The notes: generated by a model from the letters alone, not told the origin. A stretch of DNA of 64,000 nt from Methanocaldococcus indicus (GCF_049554935.1 NZ_CP186926.1:800001-864000); one strand, 5' to 3'. Positions 52,065 through 63,703 are shown, numbered from the stretch's first letter. Made by a program: numbers and translations.

Positions 52065-54788
52065 TTAAAAGAACTCATCCAATCTTCTTTGCTCTTTTGC
52101 TGATTTTATAATGTTTTCTCTTCCAACTAAGAATCCATCAAGTAGTTTTTTCTCTTTGCTATCTTTTGGCAGAGTTTCAGATATTGCCTGAGCAAATTTG
52201 AAAAAGCTATCTTTTAAGTAGTTTGTCTCTTGGAGAGTTTTTATTATTCCTTCTTTATCTCCCTTCTCCCAGAGTTTTAAAACTTTATGGAGAACATCAA
52301 CTAAATCCTTTGGCTCTTTCAACTCTTCCAACTTTCTTTCATGAGGTCCTAAGAGGTAGATATATTCCTTATCTTTCTTTATAAATCCCTTGTTCCATTC
52401 TTTCTCTAAGTTTAAGCCCACACTTTGAGCTAATTTCCTTGCCTCATCAAAGATGACTTTTGATGTTCCATAACTCCATCTGTAAAGGAGGTAGAATCTT
52501 GATAATGGAGATAGTTCATCTGCAAAACCATTGTGGATAATTTGTTTAACTGCATAGTCAGTTACAATCTCTCTAACATATTCAAGGAGTTTATCTCCCC
52601 TTATCTCATTTCCTTCATAGTCCATGATTTTGTTGTATTTTCCAAATACTTCAATTGCAGAACCAATTGCAGAGATGAAGAAATCAGCCCCTCCAATTCC
52701 TTCCTTCCAGAGTTTGTCAAGTTTTTTGTGTAAGTGTTTTTTAATTTCTTCCTTAACTTCATTTAGCCAACCAATTTCTTCTTTTTGCATCTTTCTTGCT
52801 ACAATGTAAATTGATGATGCCAATGCAGCTGATTCTTTTGCTCTTAATCTTGATTTCATTTCTGTGTGTATTGGATAACTTGCAGTTATAACTAATCCAG
52901 ATTCTAAGAGAGCATTTATAACTGTTTCCCATCCTTCTGTTGTTTTATGTGCATAGACAATAACTGCTATTCCATTTGGCTTTAAAACTCTATATATTTC
53001 TTTAAATGCCTTTTTTAGATTTTCTTCAAAGAATTTTTTGCCATCTTCAACTGTCCAACCTTCATGTTTATAAGCAACAATTTCTTGAGATTTTGGAGTT
53101 AGTGGGGTTGAGAACAGATCTGGATATAAATCTCCAATGGTCCTTTTTAACCAAACATAGAAAAAGTCAGAGAGATAAGAGTAAGGAACATTATCATAGT
53201 ATGGTGGGTCTGTAAAGACAGCATCAAAGAAATTATCTGGATATGGAAGAGATGTTGCTGATGCTTGGGATACTTTTGGTATGAAATTATTTTCTGTTGG
53301 TGGAATTTGAGAAAAATGTTTTAGTGCTTTAATTACCCAATCTAAATTTGATTCCCATCCAAATGATTCACATATTGGAATGGACTCAAAATAATCCCAT
53401 ACCATACCTAATGCCTGTCTCTGCATAGCAGGACTTGCTTTTTCTCCAGTTACATGCCAATACCCCAAATTAGAACAATAAATCATTATTCTATCCAATC
53501 CTAAAGCCAAATATGTAACAACTGCCTTAGCATAATCCTCTTTATCTTCAATATCCTTCCTATCTTTCAAGTCATCTAAAATTTTATAATAAGCTTCTTT
53601 AATCTTATCCATAAATGTAATTAATGCCAATTTTTGCCTTGAATTGAACAAATCTCCCCATGTTTTTATATGATAATTTTCTCGTGGAGCAAATGGTCTT
53701 TGTGTAATCGTATGAACAATAGGAATTTCCTCATTAGGCACAGGGTCAAATCCCCACTTATCAATAAACTCCTCCCTTTTCTTCTCCGAATACTTCTCTG
53801 CATCTTTGAAAATCTCTAAATCTTTTTCAGTTGCTACTCTGTATTTTTTACCTTTCTCTTTTGGATTGTGTAAAACCACTGCTATTAATCTCTCCCTATT
53901 CTTTCCTTCTTTAAACAAATTCCTCAAAGTCTTTGCATCAATAACAGAACCACAAACTGGGCATGTAACTATTGCTCTCCTAACAGTCCCTTTTGATGGG
54001 TCAAAATTTTTAGGCATCTTCTCATATCCATCTCCAACAATCTTAAATTTAACTTCCCCATCTTTAACATAAGGATACAATGCAACTTTTTTATTCTTTT
54101 TCTTAGCTAACCAAAACTGCCTCATTAGTGGAATCTCTGCATTACAAGATGGGTTTTGGCATGGAACTGTTCTTGCCCAAATATATCCAACTGGAATATC
54201 TCCATTTTCTTCAACTGGATAAAATTTCCCAATCTCTTTCTTTGCTTCCTCTAAAACCCAATTACCCCACTTTTTAACATCTTCAAGTAGTGGGTTGTAA
54301 ATTTCCTCAGCTCCTAAGGAATTTTTTCTCTTCATTCTTCCATATTTTTGTGGAAATTCTAAAACTGCCTTTAATATCAAAACAGCTACTGGATTATAGT
54401 CATTTGCATAAACCTCACATCCCAACCTCAAAGCCTCTAAAGGTATTGCCCCTCCCCCTGAAAATGGGTCTAAAACTCTTGGCACATATCCCAAAGATTT
54501 TTTAATATCTTCTCTTGCTTTTTTTATAATTTTAGAGTTTGTTGAATTCTCCCACTTAGCCAATTTTTTTATAAATTCTTTTATTTCATCCTCTTTCTCC
54601 TCTGAATATTCAATTAAAGATGCATAACTTGTAGTCCTTGAAGATGCTAATGGTCTTCTTGCCCACCATATATGTAAAGTTGAGATATGTCCATGTCTAA
54701 TGTTTTTTTCTCTTGCTGATTCCTCACTAACTTCCTTAACTGGAAACACTTCCTCAATAAATGCCCTCTTTATTGGAAATTCTTTCAT
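52065..54788 (-). CDS. DUF1156-containing amino (probably N6-adenine) DNA methyltransferase with Zn ribbon
   Basis: HIWWARRPLA, SAM motif VLDPFSGGG, CQNPSC/CPVC, catalytic TDPPYY. Confidence 0.92.
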   Translation of the reverse strand: MKEFPIKRAFIEEVFPVKEVSEESAREKNIRHGHISTLHIWWARRPLASSRTTSYASLIEYSEEKEDEIKEFIKKLAKWENSTNSKIIKKAREDIKKSLGYVPRVLDPFSGGGAIPLEALRLGCEVYANDYNPVAVLILKAVLEFPQKYGRMKRKNSLGAEEIYNPLLEDVKKWGNWVLEEAKKEIGKFYPVEENGDIPVGYIWARTVPCQNPSCNAEIPLMRQFWLAKKKNKKVALYPYVKDGEVKFKIVGDGYEKMPKNFDPSKGTVRRAIVTCPVCGSVIDAKTLRNLFKEGKNRERLIAVVLHNPKEKGKKYRVATEKDLEIFKDAEKYSEKKREEFIDKWGFDPVPNEEIPIVHTITQRPFAPRENYHIKTWGDLFNSRQKLALITFMDKIKEAYYKILDDLKDRKDIEDKEDYAKAVVTYLALGLDRIMIYCSNLGYWHVTGEKASPAMQRQALGMVWDYFESIPICESFGWESNLDWVIKALKHFSQIPPTENNFIPKVSQASATSLPYPDNFFDAVFTDPPYYDNVPYSYLSDFFYVWLKRTIGDLYPDLFSTPLTPKSQEIVAYKHEGWTVEDGKKFFEENLKKAFKEIYRVLKPNGIAVIVYAHKTTEGWETVINALLESGLVITASYPIHTEMKSRLRAKESAALASSIYIVARKMQKEEIGWLNEVKEEIKKHLHKKLDKLWKEGIGGADFFISAIGSAIEVFGKYNKIMDYEGNEIRGDKLLEYVREIVTDYAVKQIIHNGFADELSPLSRFYLLYRWSYGTSKVIFDEARKLAQSVGLNLEKEWNKGFIKKDKEYIYLLGPHERKLEELKEPKDLVDVLHKVLKLWEKGDKEGIIKTLQETNYLKDSFFKFAQAISETLPKDSKEKKLLDGFLVGRENIIKSAKEQRRLDEFF

Positions 54789-57700
54789 TAAATATCACCA
54801 TTATTTAATTTAACTTTTTTAGGAGTTTCTTTAAATTTCCATTCATTGGTTGGAATTATAAACCTAACTACTTCAACTTTTTCAATAGCTTTTAAATTCT
54901 CAGCAGGGTTTTTTATAGTATAGAGTGTTGGATTTTCCACAGCATTCTCCACAATGTATAGCCAATATTTATCCTTAAACCTCTTAGCCATAAACCATTC
55001 ATTTGGAGTTAAAGCAACTTCTCCAGTTGTAGCTCTTGCCTTAACTTCAATATATCTCACTTCTCCATTACCTTCTGAATAGATATCATATCCCAAATTC
55101 TTTGAAGAAACATCAATAGGATTTCTCCCATTCATTTTTTCATATGCCATAGCTACTTCCATTCCAATTCTCTCAACTTCTTCATCACTAACCATCTTTC
55201 TCTCTGATATAACTCTTATAGCTCCAACAAACTCTGGCATGCTAATAGTTAAATTTTTCTGTCTCTCAATTTCTTCTTTTAATTTTTCTAAAGCTTCTTC
55301 ATACTCTTTCTTCTTCCTTTCAGCCATTGTAATTGGTAAATCCATCTTCTTTCCTTCACTCTCCTGCTTCTCATAATATTCCAATATTTTTGAATCCAAT
55401 TCAGATATCAAATTCTCCAAGGATTTAATTCCATACTTCTTTTTAATATTTGCCTGTCTCTCCCTCTCTTTAAGAATATCATTTTTATATTTCATTAATG
55501 ATGATATTGCACATTTTCTTGCTTTCTCTTTCCTTTCCTCTATATTCTCAATCTCAATGCCTTTAATATCTGTTGGCACTAAGTCCCAGATTATTGCTGG
55601 ATTTATCTCCTCAAAATTACTTCCATCATCATATATAGCAAATAATCTTTTTCCAGCAATTTCTCCAGTTCCATCTTTAACTTCTCCTTCAAAAAACCAT
55701 ATAATTCCATCATATTTTCCAGAAACATCTTTAAATACTGCTCCTACTTTACATTTATCTAAATAATTCCTTAAAACCCATTCTAAAACTGCCTCAAATA
55801 AAGGATGCCCAAAGGAAACATATTCTACATCTGAATTTTTCATAGCAATTTCTTTATCAAAAGTAATTTTTGCATATCTCTTTGCCAACTCTCCCCAAGT
55901 GTTTTTAAACTTCTCTTCATTTGCTATCTTTCTAATCTCATAAGGAATTGAATCAACCCTATAATAATCTTTAACTTTAACAATTTTTCCTCCAGCTTTT
56001 TTAAATGCTTTGATAAAGAATGCCTCAGTATATTCTGGAGCTAATCTATACCTCTTACTTTTTTCAGAAATTTCTTTTATTCTTGTATAGTCAATTTCTC
56101 TAATTGCTAAGCTGTCTCCCAATGCCTCTTTAACTCTCCTTAAATATTCTTCATCAACATCAATCTCAATCTCCTTCAATATCTCCTCAACATCTCTTGC
56201 ATTTGCAGCTGCTTCAAGGACAAGTTGATAGAGTTTTTTTCCATAAAATATCTCTCCAATGACATCAAAGACCTTATCTCCCAAATGTTTTCTAATCTCC
56301 TCTAATTTATTAAGCAATCTTAATAAAACCTTTCCCTCTCTTGTATTGTCTGCAACCAAATTGTAAATAAAAACCTCTCTTGTCTGTCCATATCTATGAA
56401 TTCTACCCATTCTCTGCTCTAACCTGTTTGGATTCCAAGGAATGTCATAGTTTATCATAATATTACAAAACTGTAAATTAATTCCTTCCCCAGCAGCTTC
56501 AGTAGCTACCATAATTTGAGCTTCATTTCTAAACTCCTGCTCAGCCCTGATTCTATCTTCAAGTTTCATTCCTCCATGTATATATGTTACAGAATGCCCC
56601 CATGATTTTATTTTTTCCACTAAATACTCCAAAGTATCTCTTGATTCTGTAAAAATTAGAATTTTATGGTCTTTTGGGTATTTTTCCAATAATTCTTTTA
56701 ATTCTCTAAGCTTTGTCTCTTTCTCAGATGCTATAATCTCATCAGCCATTTTTATTAACTTATTTATATATTTAATTTCTTTCTTTAATTCATCAATATT
56801 CTCAGAAACAGTTAAAGTTTCCCATATCTCTTCAATTTTCCATCTTTCTGTCTCATCATAATCATCAATATCCTCAATATCTTTAAATAATAATTTATTA
56901 TCTGTCAAATCCTTAATTTTCTCTAATCTTTTCTTCCTTCTCTCCAATGAGCATCTTAATGCATAGACACTTGAAGCAAATCTCCTCTGCAAGATTAATA
57001 AAGCAAAAGCCACATTTTTTTTTTTATCATTTTTTAATGCCTTGTTATATTGCTCAATCACATACTTAGATAATGCATTATACAGCCTCATCTCTTCATC
57101 TGAGCATGAAAATTTTATAGTTTTAACATGTCTTGGCAAAAACAATGGTTTTCCATCAAAATCAACTAAATCCTCCTTTAATCTTCTTATAAATAATGGA
57201 TTATCCTTATTTTTAATAGATTCTTCAATCATATCAGCAGATGAGAAAAATCCTGGATATAATAAATCTAAAAATAATCTAAAGTTTTCAGCATCTCCTC
57301 TGTGTGGTGTTGCAGTTAAAAATAGTAAATGCTCAGAAGTTCTTGATAAAACTTCTCCTAATCTGTATCTATCTGTTTTTTTAGTTTTATCTCCATATTT
57401 GTAGGCAGACATTTTATGAGCTTCATCAACAACAACTAAATCCCAATGGACACTCCCCAAAGATGCTAATATATCCTCCTGCTTAGCAAAATCCATAGAT
57501 GTTATTACTTGGTTATATTTTTCCCAAACATTTACCCCATAGTTGTTATTTATAAGGTTTCTATCAACAACTACAAAATTCTCTGAAAACTTTTCTTTTA
57601 ACTCTCTTCTCCACTGGTCTTTTAAATGCCCTGGAACTACAATTAATATTCTTTTTGCTAATCCTCTAAGCTTTAACTCCTTAATAACCAATCCAGCCAT

Positions 57701-58099
57701 TATTGTTTTCCCAGCTCCTGGGTCATCTGCTATCAAAAACCTAATCCTTGGAAGCTTTAAGATATAGTTATAGACAACATCAATTTGATGAGGTAGTGGG
57801 TCTATTTTTGAGACTGTTGTAGCTAAGAATGGGTCAAAGAGATACGCTAACCTAAATCTATATCCTTCCAATCCAAGAAAAACCTCTTCAGCATTCTCTG
57901 AAAAATTTAGTTTCTCAATATCATGGGTTTTAATTTTATCTAAATCATCTTTTGGAATTATGTTGTCAATGTATTTTTTAGATTTTGTCATAACCCCAAC
58001 AATTCTTATAGAATCTCCAAAATCTTCTATTTCCAATATTCTTACAGGTTCTGGCCAGTGTGGGGATTTTATAACACTTCCTTGCTTTAATTCAATCAT
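54788..58099 (-). CDS. SNF2/RapA-like helicase with C-terminal DUF3883-type PD-(D/E)XK nuclease (start ATG 58099 or 58111)
   Basis: PLPHQ, ADDPGAGKT, DEAH, LTATPH, GEGINLQ, EQRMGRIHRYGQ; C-terminal GYDIYS...YIEVK...LTPNE. Confidence 0.92.
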   Translation of the reverse strand: MIELKQGSVIKSPHWPEPVRILEIEDFGDSIRIVGVMTKSKKYIDNIIPKDDLDKIKTHDIEKLNFSENAEEVFLGLEGYRFRLAYLFDPFLATTVSKIDPLPHQIDVVYNYILKLPRIRFLIADDPGAGKTIMAGLVIKELKLRGLAKRILIVVPGHLKDQWRRELKEKFSENFVVVDRNLINNNYGVNVWEKYNQVITSMDFAKQEDILASLGSVHWDLVVVDEAHKMSAYKYGDKTKKTDRYRLGEVLSRTSEHLLFLTATPHRGDAENFRLFLDLLYPGFFSSADMIEESIKNKDNPLFIRRLKEDLVDFDGKPLFLPRHVKTIKFSCSDEEMRLYNALSKYVIEQYNKALKNDKKKNVAFALLILQRRFASSVYALRCSLERRKKRLEKIKDLTDNKLLFKDIEDIDDYDETERWKIEEIWETLTVSENIDELKKEIKYINKLIKMADEIIASEKETKLRELKELLEKYPKDHKILIFTESRDTLEYLVEKIKSWGHSVTYIHGGMKLEDRIRAEQEFRNEAQIMVATEAAGEGINLQFCNIMINYDIPWNPNRLEQRMGRIHRYGQTREVFIYNLVADNTREGKVLLRLLNKLEEIRKHLGDKVFDVIGEIFYGKKLYQLVLEAAANARDVEEILKEIEIDVDEEYLRRVKEALGDSLAIREIDYTRIKEISEKSKRYRLAPEYTEAFFIKAFKKAGGKIVKVKDYYRVDSIPYEIRKIANEEKFKNTWGELAKRYAKITFDKEIAMKNSDVEYVSFGHPLFEAVLEWVLRNYLDKCKVGAVFKDVSGKYDGIIWFFEGEVKDGTGEIAGKRLFAIYDDGSNFEEINPAIIWDLVPTDIKGIEIENIEERKEKARKCAISSLMKYKNDILKERERQANIKKKYGIKSLENLISELDSKILEYYEKQESEGKKMDLPITMAERKKKEYEEALEKLKEEIERQKNLTISMPEFVGAIRVISERKMVSDEEVERIGMEVAMAYEKMNGRNPIDVSSKNLGYDIYSEGNGEVRYIEVKARATTGEVALTPNEWFMAKRFKDKYWLYIVENAVENPTLYTIKNPAENLKAIEKVEVVRFIIPTNEWKFKETPKKVKLNNGDI

Positions 58100-58321
58100 A
58101 AAAATCCACACTCTAAATTTGTTAATTAATAATATTTAATTTAGTTTCAATATTGTTATATAGAAAAGTTCTTATTGTGTAATTTCTAATTTTTAATATC
58201 TAAAATTTAGGTTTATGATATACACTTAAAGAGCTACTCATTAATAGTTTAAATACTTTAACTTTTAAATTTAAAAAATGGATAAACTATTAAAATTACC
58301 TAATCACATAAACTATAATTT

Positions 58322-58767
58322 ATGAAGAGAATTATAATCTCAATAATATTATCTATTTGTATGTATTATTATATCAATACAGTTTTTACCTGATATACAA
58401 AGTAAGTTGATTAGTGTTGTAATTTTTTTAGTTTTAATGTGGAGTTTAGAAGCTTTACCTATAGGAGTCACATCTTTACTGCCCATTATACTGTTTCCAC
58501 TATTAGGAATCCTACCAATCAATGATGTAACTTCAAACTATTCTAAACCCTATTATATACAAATTAGGAAGTTATAATTTACTTTTAGTTGCCACTATTT
58601 GTGGTAGTTATGCATTTATGTTGCCAATAGCTACTCCTCCAAATGCTATTGCTATGTCTGGAATTTTAAAAACAAAAGATATGATTAAATATGGAATCAT
58701 TTTAAATATTTTAGCAATAATTTTAACAACAATTATAGCAACATACTACTGGAAAATATTCATTTAA
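58322..58767 (+). pseudogene. Remnant of a DASS/SLC13 sodium:dicarboxylate or sulfate symporter (frameshifted, large internal deletion)
   Basis: N-terminal WSLEALPIGVTSLLPIILFPLLGI lies close to C-terminal SYAFMLPIATPPNAI...KDMIKYG; in-frame stop after MKRIII...VFT; only ~450 bp in total. Confidence 0.88.
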
Positions 58768-58780
58768 AGGAGGATTTATT

Positions 58781-59524
58781 ATGAAGATAGCAATTGTAGG
58801 TAAAGGTGGATGTGGTAAATCAACAATAACAGCATTGTTAGCCAAAGAACTATCTAAAAATAAAAAAGTTTTAGTTATTGATGGAGATGAATCTAACATA
58901 ACACTTCATAACATTTTAGGAGTTGAAAAGCCAAAAAAAGAATTTTTGGAATATTTAGGTGGTAGAAAGGACTTTATGAAAAAAATTAAAGGAAAAAAAG
59001 ATATTAAAATATTTGATAAATTGAAAATAGATAATCTTCCTGAGGAATGTATAACCAAAAAAGGTAATATATACTTCTTAATGATTGGAAAAATCCATGA
59101 TTTTGGAGAAGGTTGTGCATGTCCTATTGGAGTAGTGTTAAGAGAGTTTTTAAAATCTTTAGAGTTAGATAATGATGAAATAGTTATTTTAGATACAGAG
59201 GCCGGAATAGAACATTTTGGTAGAGGTGTTGAGGGAGGATGTGATATAATAGTTGGAATTATAGACCCTACTTATGAATCTATACAACTATCTAAAAAGA
59301 TAGAAGAAATAGGTGAAAAATTAAATAAAAAAGTATTCTTTATTTTAAATAAAGTTGATGATGAAACAATAGATTTAATCTTAGAAAATATAAATAAAGA
59401 TAAGGTTATTGGAATTTTAAAGAATAACAAAGAAATTGTTAAAAAGAGCTTAAAAGGAGATAGTTTGGACTTAGAAATAGATGAAATCAAGGAGATAGCT
59501 AAAAAAATTATATCAATGAAATAG
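58781..59524 (+). CDS. cooC: CooC-type nickel-insertion ATPase
   Basis: GKGGCGKST, GCACP metal motif, DTEAGIEHFGRG. Confidence 0.88.
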   Translation: MKIAIVGKGGCGKSTITALLAKELSKNKKVLVIDGDESNITLHNILGVEKPKKEFLEYLGGRKDFMKKIKGKKDIKIFDKLKIDNLPEECITKKGNIYFLMIGKIHDFGEGCACPIGVVLREFLKSLELDNDEIVILDTEAGIEHFGRGVEGGCDIIVGIIDPTYESIQLSKKIEEIGEKLNKKVFFILNKVDDETIDLILENINKDKVIGILKNNKEIVKKSLKGDSLDLEIDEIKEIAKKIISMK

Positions 59525-60227
59525 CTTCTTTTAAGCTAATTTTTCCTTTATATATTGCTGAACCAATAACTACTCCATAAACACCTATTCTTTTAAGATT
59601 TTTAATATCTTCTATTGATGATACACCTCCTGAATATATAATATTAAGTTTTGTATTTGTTACAACATCTTTTATAACATCTAAGTTTATACCTCTCATC
59701 AATCCCTCTGTATCTACATTTGTAAATAAAATGTATTTTAATAAATCTTCATACTCTTTTATAATCTCCAAAGGACTTTTGTCTATTTTCTCTTTCCATC
59801 CTTTTATAACAACCTTATTGTTTTTTGATTCAACAGCTAAAACAACTCTATCCTTCCCGAATTCATCTACCAACTCTTCCAAAAATTTTTTATTTAAAAT
59901 AGCTTTTGTTCCTACTATTACTCTATCAACACCTAAATCTATTAGTTTTTTAGCTTTTTCTAAATCTCTAATTCCTCCACCAACTTCAATAGGGACATTT
60001 ACATTTTTTACAATTTCCTCAATTATATCTAAGTTATCTCCTGTTCCTAATGCCCCATCTAAATCAATAACATGCAAATACTTAGCCCCTTCATTAACAA
60101 ACTTTTTAGCTACTTCAACTGGATTATCCAACTCTAAAATTTTATTATTTGGATTTCCTTGGACAAGTTGCACACATTTTTTGTCTTTTATGTCAATTGC
60201 TGGAATAATTAACAATATTATCACCAA
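59508..60227 (-). CDS. hisA: ProFAR isomerase HisA
   Basis: IPAIDI..CVQL.QG, LHVIDLDGA, EVGGGIR, SGGV, GSAIY. Confidence 0.95.
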   Translation of the reverse strand: MVIILLIIPAIDIKDKKCVQLVQGNPNNKILELDNPVEVAKKFVNEGAKYLHVIDLDGALGTGDNLDIIEEIVKNVNVPIEVGGGIRDLEKAKKLIDLGVDRVIVGTKAILNKKFLEELVDEFGKDRVVLAVESKNNKVVIKGWKEKIDKSPLEIIKEYEDLLKYILFTNVDTEGLMRGINLDVIKDVVTNTKLNIIYSGGVSSIEDIKNLKRIGVYGVVIGSAIYKGKISLKEAISLI

Positions 60228-60231
60228 TTAG

Positions 60232-61209
<978 letters not shown>

Positions 61210-61210
61210 A

Positions 61211-62320
61211 ATGATATACTTTGGAGAAGGTAGTTTAGGTTTGGCAAATGTTAATATATCAATTGGAAATGATAAATATTTAGATTATATATTATCTAAT
61301 TCACTATCAGAGGGAATATTTGCCAATTTAAGACCAAATTTAATAGTTAAGCCAATAACAATAGTTAAACCAAGAGAACCATTAGACAATGAAATAAAAA
61401 AAGAGTTATTTTATGGAGTTATTCAGTATGCAGTTGCTAAGGCCGTTGCAGATTTAGATTTAAATGAAAATCTGAAAATTATTGTTTCAGTTAATATTCC
61501 AGATGTGCCTCTATCAAAACTACATAAAAGAAAAGTTTTTCAAAGTTTTTATTCATCTACAAAGTTGGCAATAAAAAGAGCATTAAATAATTATCCATCC
61601 ATAGAGAAAATTAAAAAAGAAAAGTTTAGAGCACTCCATCCATTAGTTGGATTTAGAGATTGTAAATTAGAAAATACTCCATATCTACAAATTGCCTTAG
61701 ATGTTCCTACTATGGAAGATTTAGAGTTTATTTTAAATTCTCTACCAAATAGTGACCATTTAATTTTAGAGGCTGGAACACCTCTTATAAAAAGGTTTGG
61801 TTTAGAGGTTATAGAAGAGATAAGAAATTACTTTGATGGTTTTATTGTTGCTGACTTAAAAACTCTTGACACAGGAAGAGTTGAAGTAAGATTGGCTTTT
61901 GAACATACTGCCAATGCTGTTGTAATTAGTGGATTAGCACCAAAAGAAACAATTTTAAAGGCCATAGATGAATGTGAAAAATGTGGATTGATTAGCTATT
62001 TAGATATGCTAAATGTAGATAATCCCAAAAAACTTTATAACTCATTAGAAAAAAAACCTGATGTAGTAGTTCTACATAGAGGAATTGATGAGGAAAAGAA
62101 CAAAAAAATTGATAATATAAAATTTGATTGCTTAACTGCTATAGCAGGTGGAGTTAGATTAGAAGATATTGATAAATTAATAGAGATTTATGATATTGTT
62201 GTGGTTGGTAGAGCAATAACAAAATCCAAAGACCCTGGAAGAGTTGTTAGATACATATTAAATAAAATGGGATATGATATTGACACATATAGGTTATATT
62301 TTGATGAGGATGAGATGTGA
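61211..62320 (+). CDS. Fae-like domain fused to 3-hexulose-6-phosphate synthase
   Basis: N-terminal [17 protein letters not shown]; C-terminal [30 protein letters not shown]. Confidence 0.88.
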   Translation: MIYFGEGSLGLANVNISIGNDKYLDYILSNSLSEGIFANLRPNLIVKPITIVKPREPLDNEIKKELFYGVIQYAVAKAVADLDLNENLKIIVSVNIPDVPLSKLHKRKVFQSFYSSTKLAIKRALNNYPSIEKIKKEKFRALHPLVGFRDCKLENTPYLQIALDVPTMEDLEFILNSLPNSDHLILEAGTPLIKRFGLEVIEEIRNYFDGFIVADLKTLDTGRVEVRLAFEHTANAVVISGLAPKETILKAIDECEKCGLISYLDMLNVDNPKKLYNSLEKKPDVVVLHRGIDEEKNKKIDNIKFDCLTAIAGGVRLEDIDKLIEIYDIVVVGRAITKSKDPGRVVRYILNKMGYDIDTYRLYFDEDEM

Positions 62321-62325
62321 TTTTT

Positions 62326-62745
62326 ATGTTTAAATATTTTGAGACAACAGCAGATTTAGGAATATATGCAGAAGGAGAAAGTTTAGAAGAAGCTTTTAAA
62401 GAAGGGGCAAGAGGATTATACAATGTTATGGTAGATATTGACAAAGTTGATAAAAAGGAAAAAATTGAGATTGAAGTAGAAGGTGAAGATTTAGAAGAAC
62501 TACTATATAACTTTTTAAATGAGCTCTTATTTTATACTGATGTATATAATATAGTTTTTTCAGATTTTGATATAAAAATAGAAAAGTTAAATGGAAAGTA
62601 TAAACTAAAATGTATTGCTTATGGTGAAGAAATAAACAAAGAAAAACACAATATAAAAGAGGAAGTTAAGGCAGTTACTTACCATTTAATGGAAGTTAAA
62701 AAAGATGGCAATAAATATATTGTAAGGTTTGTTATAGACCTCTAA
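62326..62745 (+). CDS. Archease
   Basis: [27 protein letters not shown]. Confidence 0.93.
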   Translation: MFKYFETTADLGIYAEGESLEEAFKEGARGLYNVMVDIDKVDKKEKIEIEVEGEDLEELLYNFLNELLFYTDVYNIVFSDFDIKIEKLNGKYKLKCIAYGEEINKEKHNIKEEVKAVTYHLMEVKKDGNKYIVRFVIDL

Positions 62746-62939
62746 CCTAATACCTCTATAATTTTAGCTAATATTTTTCCTTTACCTCCTCTTGGCTCTG
62801 CTAAAACTCTTCCACAAGCTAAGCATTTTACTACTGTTGCAGGATTACTAAATATTATTTGCTCATTATTACATTCTGGACATTGAACTTTTATAAATTT
62901 AGTTCTTGGTTGAGGGATGATTTTAGATAAATCATCCAT
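62742..62939 (-). CDS. rps27e: 30S ribosomal protein S27e
   Basis: [16 protein letters not shown]...[11 protein letters not shown]. Confidence 0.96.
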   Translation of the reverse strand: MDDLSKIIPQPRTKFIKVQCPECNNEQIIFSNPATVVKCLACGRVLAEPRGGKGKILAKIIEVLG

Positions 62940-62957
62940 ATTTTCTCACCTTTTAAT

Positions 62958-63242
62958 TTATTTTTCAAAGAATTCAAACCTTGCTGACCTAAAACATCCA
63001 TTAGCTTTTGTGTGCATTTTTCCACAAACTGTACATTTAAATCTTAAATCTATCTTTTTAACTGGTTTAGACCTATCTGGTTTAGGTCTTGGGAACCCCC
63101 CATATCCTGCTGTAACTCTTCTGAACTGTCTTTGACCCCAAGTTAATTCACTTGCCTTACCTTTTTTTGCCTTCTCTACAATATGAATTGTGTGCTTCTT
63201 ACAGTAAGGACAGTATCTTTTTATTTTCTTAGGCATTTTCAT
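62958..63242 (-). CDS. rpl44e: 50S ribosomal protein L44e
   Basis: [25 protein letters not shown]. Confidence 0.96.
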   Translation of the reverse strand: MKMPKKIKRYCPYCKKHTIHIVEKAKKGKASELTWGQRQFRRVTAGYGGFPRPKPDRSKPVKKIDLRFKCTVCGKMHTKANGCFRSARFEFFEK

Positions 63243-63703
63243 AATTTCCACCTAATTTCCTCAATAATATTGTGTTTTTTTAAGATATTAGCTACTTTTT
63301 TATCAAGTGTTATAATATCCTCTTTGTTTAATGAGCAAATATATCCATTAAATATAAAAGAAGGAAAATTCTTTAAAACTCTTACAACTTCAATATCATT
63401 TATAATATTTATATGTTGTGGTTCTATACAACTATCCTCTTTTTTTGTTTCCAATTTCAAATCAAAAATCATATTAAGAATTTCTTTCTCCTCTTCTGTA
63501 AGATTTTCTTCACATCCAAATAATAAGGACTTATATATTCTTACTTTCCTTAAATTTCTATAAAAATATAAAGCCCTCTTTTTTTCTAATCCTTCAATAT
63601 TTTTAATATATTCTCTAACTTCATTGTAAAAATTATTATCAAGCTCTAAAATACTGTCTGATTTTATCTCATCAATAAATAGCTGCTTCAATTTTTTTAA
63701 CAT
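63239..63703 (-). CDS. GINS family protein (Gins15/51-like)
   Basis: ELDNNFY, R..KS, NLTEEEK A-domain; [10 protein letters not shown]...L.KED..TL...ANIL B-domain; conserved position upstream of rpl44e-rps27e. Confidence 0.78.
   Translation of the reverse strand: MLKKLKQLFIDEIKSDSILELDNNFYNEVREYIKNIEGLEKKRALYFYRNLRKVRIYKSLLFGCEENLTEEEKEILNMIFDLKLETKKEDSCIEPQHINIINDIEVVRVLKNFPSFIFNGYICSLNKEDIITLDKKVANILKKHNIIEEIRWKL

Noticed and set aside
46724-58111. Classifying the locus as canonical BREX, DISARM or Type III R-M
   Set aside because: No PglZ, BrxL, DrmA/DrmB or Res/Mod architecture; the triad is distinct.
54788-58111. Intein in the helicase or other large ORFs
   Set aside because: Motif spacing looks normal; no C...HN splice junctions or LAGLIDADG blocks seen.
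45305-58800. Defence island as a tRNA-Val-integrated element or provirus
   Set aside because: No integrase, transposase or viral gene; no repeated tRNA 3' end or terminal repeats seen; two housekeeping genes lie between the tRNA and the island.
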